Made by a program: the position numbers and the translations under genes. This document shows, in pieces, positions 58,115 through 64,000 of a stretch of DNA of 64,000 nt; position 1 is the stretch's first letter; each line of letters opens with the position of its first letter. The DNA comes from a virus. Below the pieces are notes generated by a model, which was not told the DNA's origin, did no database searches, and was given only the letters and a program-made list of their open reading frames with translations. Location of the stretch: IMG/VR virus record IMGVR_UViG_3300045125_000085, positions 32,001 to 96,000 of that record; one strand, given 5' to 3'.

Positions 58115-59614
58115 TTAAGACTCTTCGGTCGGTAGTATATTACGGTTTGCAAAAAAGTTCGACCAGATGCCGACCCCTGACAGGGTTTCGATAACGCAAG
58201 CGTACCGAAGGCTGTAGGGTGATTCAAACCACGTCAACAGCGTGACCTTCGGTTCGAGCGTTTCCAAGTTCTTAAGATGATTACGCGATGGTAGATCCGC
58301 ACCTAGTAATAGAGGGATCTGGATCGAGAGTGACTTTATAGCTGTCTGGATAGCTATGGTCACAGAGACATCACGATGACCGACTGCATAGTCTGATTTT
58401 AAAGTCATCGTGGCCGGTTTCGATTTCGTCGCAGGGACAGGTGTGTAAAACACCTCAGTCAGATCATGGCATTGTAAGCCGGTCGCAGTCACTGCATCCT
58501 GTAGCTCAGGGTTAGCAGCTATAGCCAAATAACGATCTAACAATTCGTCTAAAGAGCCGAAGTTTTCGATCGCACGCAAGGACAGACCGCCGAGCCTTAG
58601 CTCGATGGTGAGTGGTTCGTCATCAACGAGTTGATACCGAGAGATCCGCGATTATTATTCAGTAAGGCATATTTGCCATGCTCTTCAATATAGTGATGGA
58701 CATCGCGGTTATAGAGTTTATCCAGCCGCATGAGCATGACTGTATTGACGCTTTGCGATACATCGTACTGATACTGGCGTACAGCCTCGATCACGGGATC
58801 GAGTACTTTCAGTCTTACTATAGAGTAAGCTGCTTCCGGACTCTTACTACCTATGTACTGATCATCTACCTTAACACCGGGTTCAGCTATATAGTAGTGG
58901 CCTAAAGTGTTATGGTTAGGGTTAGAGTTGAAGTAGAGACGCTTGAAGGCTATCATGGGATGACGCGGGATTTCATGCTTTCCAGTAACTCTTCTCAGCT
59001 CTGACTTTACACTTGGAGACATAGTAGGCATCTCTAAGCATAGAGTACGCCTATCACCGAGAGTTTATGTGCGAGCTCGTTACCTAGTATCCCTGCATGC
59101 CCTCGTATCCATTCTACGTGTAAATGGACTCCATTGTCCTTTAAGGTCGTCATAGCCGCCAAGATAGCTAACCAAGTCTCTTGATTAGAGACAGGACTGC
59201 CATCTTGCTTACGCCAATTAGATCGTATCCAGATCGGCAACCAATCCATTACGCCACGGCGTAAGTACTCGCTGTCGGTATAGACTTTGACGTTGCGGAC
59301 ATTATCGAAGTTGATATGAGTGAGGGCGTAAAGTAATGCATCGATCTCAGCGGCATTATTAGTGACACTGTGCTCATCGGCACCATAGAGATCGTAGTAC
59401 CTCTTAAAGTCTTGACTGGTTTATGGACTTGAGTCAACTTATCCGTAGCGATATATCCGGACTCAGTCGTCACATAGCGTCCTGACAATACTTTACTGCC
59501 GTCGTAGTGAGTCGTATAGCGATATCCATGAGCACCCCAGCCAGTCTTACCTGGATTCGGACGTGCAGCACCATCGGTATAGAGGACTATCCCCTCATAT
59601 TGCGTCGTAGACAT
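58115..59614 (-). CDS. rnh: Ribonuclease HI with C-terminal extension (phiKZ gp155-like), frameshifted
   Basis: VLYTDGAARPNPGKTGWG, TNNAAE, DSEY, NWRKQDG.PVSN, EWIRGHAGILGNELA. Confidence 0.9.
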
Positions 59615-59882
59615 TCTATTCCCCATTCTTGTTGTTACGGCTAGTATCGTGTAATGATCTTTTTTACATGAGCCTATCAGCACAGCATCCGCTCCGTCAA
59701 TCCAGCTTGCATCTCTGTAATCTGATAGCAAAAAAAGAATGTTCCCTGTGCACTCCAATTTGCACAACATAATATAAAGCCAAGAACAAATATAGGCCGT
59801 GTGAGCATAGGTTCATTTAACCGATTCTGAAGTAGCTGGTTCGTTGCTGCAGCGATTGACTGTAGTCTCTAACTCGTATATC

Positions 59883-60128
59883 TTACTTTTGCTGTAAGAC
59901 TGACTGGTTTTGTAACAGCTCGTAGTTTTGCTGCAGTTGTACGTACTTATAACTGACATGCAGTAAAGCACGTCCAGTCATGACGAGCACTAGTACTAAG
60001 ACTACCGTAATGAAGACCTGGATCCAACGTATAGCGTTAAACTGTGGGCTATAGAAATCGAGCTCTGCCTTTTTATTGATGATCAGCTCGGTGATAAAAG
60101 GTATGATTAGTTTGATTAACTTAAGCAC
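59883..60128 (-). CDS. Small membrane protein with coiled-coil tail
   Basis: Hydrophobic VFITVVLVLVLVMTG segment; true end may be near 59800. Confidence 0.6.
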   Translation of the reverse strand: MLKLIKLIIPFITELIINKKAELDFYSPQFNAIRWIQVFITVVLVLVLVMTGRALLHVSYKYVQLQQNYELLQNQSVLQQK

Positions 60129-60176
60129 GACACCTCACTAATAGTATCCTACACGATTTCGTAAAAGAGAGCTCTT

Positions 60177-61477
60177 ATGTATATTTTAAAAGGATTCGTG
60201 ACGATCCAGGACTTTATCAGCAATGATCCAGGAGTCGTATCCTCAGTAGGCGAGATCAGTACCTGGTCTTTGACTTACACTAAATCGCCTAGTGAGATAT
60301 ATACTCCCAGGCATACCTGGCTATAGGCTAGTCAGTATGCTCAGTAAGGATACGAGCACTGGTGCTATCCCAGTACCTACTAATATAGTCAATGATGTCT
60401 TATCTGTAGTGCGTAGTATCGTCACCTATGCTCAGACTCACTTTATGCCGTATACGCTGAGTGATTTTAGAGATACGATCATGGCTAACTATAGGACGCA
60501 GATATCTCTCAGTTTAAGATGGGGCCTTTAGTCGATCATGGCGAGATCGCTCTACCTGAGTACATCGAGTGGATCAGCTCTACTGTAGCAGGAGCTAAGA
60601 TACGGATATGGTTAGCGGATACAGCTTTCTACAGCAGTATGATGAGTGCTGAGATAGAAGTCATAGCACCTGTGACTAATTTAGACGATCTGTTCGCTAA
60701 TCCAGCTACTGCGTATAAAGCCTTAGCTGAATGGCCTATAGATGCACTGATTAAGAAAGCTCAAGTCGTCAAAGCGAGTCATCCAGAGACATTGACGCGT
60801 ATACTCTCCTCATCCGTACATCTTTACGGATATAGATACGCCGCTCTATGACTATCCACTGGCCGTTATTGATTTACGGTCAGGCGGGTGATACTATCGA
60901 CGCTATGAAAGAAGCCGTCAATCAGTATGCATTAAATCACTCCACTCATACTCACGATCAGCGGGCACTACGCTCGCCTGAGCTATTTAAGCGGACTGAG
61001 TTCATGATTTTGCCTAGATGGGATAAGTACAGTATCCCTGATCTAGCCGTAGAGACGGGACTCCATAGCAGCTTAGCTGATCCTTTTGAAGCCGTCAACT
61101 TCGCTCAGCGTGAACTGACCTTCTATCCTAGAGAGTGGATACCTCAGCATCTGACATTTGCACCGCACTTCTATAAGTCATTGATGCTAGTAATAGTCGA
61201 TGGTCCTGATAACTTAGCCACTAAAGAACGCTTTAGTGCTTTGTTTCCGACTATCTGCCTATCGCTACTACATCTTTAGACTTTAATCGCATGCAGAAAA
61301 ATACTAGGGACTGGTCATTAAAGCTACACGAGATGATCCTCATCTGTAGAAACTATAGACGAGTATACCGTAGTGCCTGAGCAGTATCGTAAACTCCATC
61401 GTGATAATAAACTTTACCTGGCTTACCTCTATCAGGGTGTCAACTACCTGGTCGCTGCGAAGTCGAACTACCGATAA
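60177..61477 (+). CDS. Virion structural protein (phiKZ gp157-like), frameshifted
   Basis: MYILKGF..VGEISTWSLTY start; IRIWLAD, LFKRTEFMILPRW fragments. Confidence 0.65.
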
Positions 61478-61487
61478 GAGGGCGTCA

Positions 61488-62232
61488 GTGGCCGAGTACA
61501 TCATCCCCACGATCGGGAGTCAAGGGTATTACCAGATCGCTACTCCATTCGATCGTCTCGTAGCACCTAGTATCAGGTATACCTGTCAAGCAGTACGTAC
61601 ACTCAAGCATTATCTAGCTGAAGGTCAAGATCCGTTTACCTTGTTCTATAGCCCTAATGGCTTAACCCGAGCTGATTTCGATGCTGACTTCTTAGAGAAC
61701 ATGAGCATCGTCGGCTTACAAGCAGAGACGGGTCCTCTGATCTACGTACCGGCACGCTACATCCTGACGTATCCATTACTGGATGGAGTAGCCTATAGGG
61801 AGATGATGCTCGGTGTCGCATTAGGCAGCGTCCCTGAGGCTTTAGATCTATCTGCTATCAGTACCCGTATCAGTAATGTAGTCCAAGAGAGTCTAGGCAT
61901 AGCTCCAGTCATCACGCCAGTACAGATATCAGCTACGGCTATCGTCAGTACTGAGACCGATGCTAGATTAGTAGCTGCTAGACAGGCTCTGATCAGTATG
62001 CAGATGTCAGATAGCACTAGGAGTGACATGTCTACAGTCTATCATCGATCAGCAAGCCCAAGTCATAGCTGAGTTAGAAAAGTACATCATCAGGCACTAT
62101 GTGAGAGATACTACCTTTAATGCGGAAGGTGGTTATTACTATGGTAGTAAACCTAAGAGCCGGTATATGAAACAAATGCCTGAAGCTTTACCACCTGAAG
62201 TCATGTTTAAGCTCAGACTTAAACACTCTTAA
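61488..62232 (+). CDS. Putative virion structural protein, one indel
   Basis: GTG start with GAGGG RBS; IPTIGSQG..YTCQAVR..IYVPARYILTYP; continues in 62023-62232. Confidence 0.65.
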
Positions 62233-62256
62233 TAACGCCATCACTAATAGAGAGAT

Positions 62257-62610
62257 ATGGTAATGATCGCTGATGAGTTTATCGCTAAAATGGCCCATGA
62301 GGTCAATCGTACGTATTGTGCGATGCTAGGAGACGATAGCCAAGTCAGCTGGGAAGATGCACCTGAATGGCAGAGGACTAGTGCTATCAACGGTGTGACT
62401 TTTCATAGAGCGAATCCAGATGCTAGAGCTGAAGATAGCCATGCGAATTGGTTGAAAGAGAAGTTAGCGGATGGCTGGCAGTACGGGCCTGTCAAGGACG
62501 TAGAGAAGAAAGAACATCCGTGCTGTGTAGAGTATCATGAGTTACCTGTTGAACAGCAGATCAAGGATAGTCTGTTTAAATCAGTCGTCACGGCTTTGCT
62601 AACGCACTGA
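62257..62610 (+). CDS. Stand-alone RyR-repeat domain protein
   Basis: SHANWLKEKLADGWQYGPVKDVEKKEHPCCVEYHELP..QIKD matches the RyR domain pattern. Confidence 0.85.
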   Translation: MVMIADEFIAKMAHEVNRTYCAMLGDDSQVSWEDAPEWQRTSAINGVTFHRANPDARAEDSHANWLKEKLADGWQYGPVKDVEKKEHPCCVEYHELPVEQQIKDSLFKSVVTALLTH

Positions 62611-62614
62611 GCGT

Positions 62615-62655
62615 CATAGTGCCCTGAGAGCTCTATAGCTCTCAGGGCACTATGC
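62615..62655. terminator. Bidirectional terminator
   Basis: CATAGTGCCCTGAGAGCT..AGCTCTCAGGGCACTATG. Confidence 0.85.
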
Positions 62656-63322
62656 TGGGTAAAAAAAAAGGGCACGTACCTGTGCCCAAGAGAGGAGATT
62701 ACACACTAACAAAATCAGTGGAGTTGCTTAGATCTAGCGATCGTTAGAGCATTCCATCTTCTCTAAGCAGCTTGAGGTAATAGCAGACCGAACTAGGTGA
62801 TAAGTTCATCTGCTTAAGCTATCTCAGGCGGTGAAACCGCGCTGGTACAGAGAGTACACCTGCTGACGCTTACTTTGAAAGTAAGCAGTCGGATTATCTA
62901 CGATGCCATCCAGCTCATCCCAACCAGCAGTAATGTCAATAGGGGCAGTCTCTATGTCACCCTACCTTTATAGCCAAGGATGATACGATCACCTATCTGA
63001 CGGCTATACTCAGCACGCTTCTGATGTGCTTCGAATACTCTGTAGAGATCTCTTCGCGCAGGTTTTCGGTCTAGGGTGAAGATGACGTCTTCACCTTTCT
63101 GCACAATTATCGTACCATCAGGCCAGTTGACGATGTAATGACCGTCACCGCATTCTCAAACGACCGGCTCATTAGAGATAATATCAGCATCGAGATCGAG
63201 CCTTAGTCCAGCTTTTCCTGAAGGACTTGCTTGAGCTTAGGGCACTATGTCGGTGATCTCTAAGCGTGTATCGTCATCGGCTATCCAAACTTTGCCATGC
63301 TAACAGTAGATGCATTACTGCT

Positions 63323-63700
63323 CTAACTGACAAAATACCTCCTGAGATGAATAGGCGAAATAGACTCGACATAGCTGAGTACTTTATGGACTTCCTTGTA
63401 GCTCAGCATGAAGCGTCCACCATTCGGTGGCAGGATGTCTATACCTATAGGCTTTACAATAAGTAAGCCATTGTTTTCTTCCATCATAGGCGCAGAGATC
63501 TTTTTGTTGAATAGTTCTTGCTGTTTGCTATGGTTCATCAGCCTTTCCTTCTTAAGATAATAAGTGATAGTAGGCCCAGTGACGCCGAGCCTCTTGGCGA
63601 TCTCAGTCATGCTGTATCCAGAGTTATAAAGCTGGACTATGACTTTGCTGCGAGATTCAGCATAGTTGTTAGCATCAAACTTATTGGTATTGTGGCTCAT
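63323..63700 (-). CDS. Helix-turn-helix DNA-binding protein (may extend to about 62745)
   Basis: QLYNSGYSMTEIAKRLGVTGPTITYYL. Confidence 0.7.
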   Translation of the reverse strand: MSHNTNKFDANNYAESRSKVIVQLYNSGYSMTEIAKRLGVTGPTITYYLKKERLMNHSKQQELFNKKISAPMMEENNGLLIVKPIGIDILPPNGGRFMLSYKEVHKVLSYVESISPIHLRRYFVS

Positions 63701-64000
63701 GAGGTATCCCCTATTATTGATTGAAAATAGTGAGTAGTACGGTATACTCAGTGTAAGTATATATCGCTCTATTCACTTTGAATCTATACTGCTGTTAGAC
63801 TCAAGCAGCTGTTGACCTTAAACAGGTTTCAGCTTCAAGCAGCTGTTAAAACTAGCTCCAGGTGCTAACTCCACATTAGCACTACAAAGTATGGTAATAT
63901 CGCTATGTTTCATACTGCCATAAGTCTCGTAGTGATGGCTAACTATGAAGATCTGTGAGAACTGGCTATCGTCGATTAGCTCCTGAATGACTTGATAAGC

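Noticed and set aside
10950-62232. Widespread broken genes read as pseudogenes, programmed frameshifts or stop-codon recoding
   Set aside because: Breaks are frame changes from single-base indels, not in-frame TAG/TGA (e.g. an extra G in the terminase Walker A, CAGACTGGGTAAG). They hit essential genes and vary between otherwise identical repeat units. Sequencing or consensus error is the simplest explanation.
1-64000. tRNA/rRNA genes, chimallin, integrase or transposase
   Set aside because: None recognised by eye. The nucleus-forming lifestyle is inferred only from PhuZ and the phiKZ-like core genes.

Overview
This is a 64-kb piece of a phiKZ-like jumbo phage genome, probably nucleus-forming (Chimalliviridae-type; chimallin itself is not in the window). 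Family calls come from motif recognition and remembered phiKZ gene order, not from database searches. Recognisable core: PhuZ tubulin, terminase large subunit, gp26-28-like virion genes, tail sheath and tube, gp175-type prohead protease, three virion RNA polymerase subunits (gp178-, gp180- and gp149-like), a giant gp181-like tail protein, UvsX/RecA and RNase H. Many long genes are broken by single-base indels, worst at about 43-48 kb. These look like sequencing errors, so several coordinates are reconstructed across frames. Highlights: (1) an ORF-less 409-nt group I intron that splits the catalytic D|FDGD motif of the beta'-like subunit; (2) a stand-alone AcrIII-1 (DUF1874) ring-nuclease gene with a three-hairpin 5' leader that recurs, with compensatory changes, 39 kb away before an unknown gene, suggesting an early anti-defence regulon with a shared RNA leader; (3) a non-coding divergence point with GNA-loop and tandem-GA hairpins on opposite strands (candidate origin); (4) a tail gene of about 11.3 kb with a 7x177-bp tandem array and three peptidoglycan hydrolase domains; (5) a family of hairpin terminators followed by TATGC(CG).
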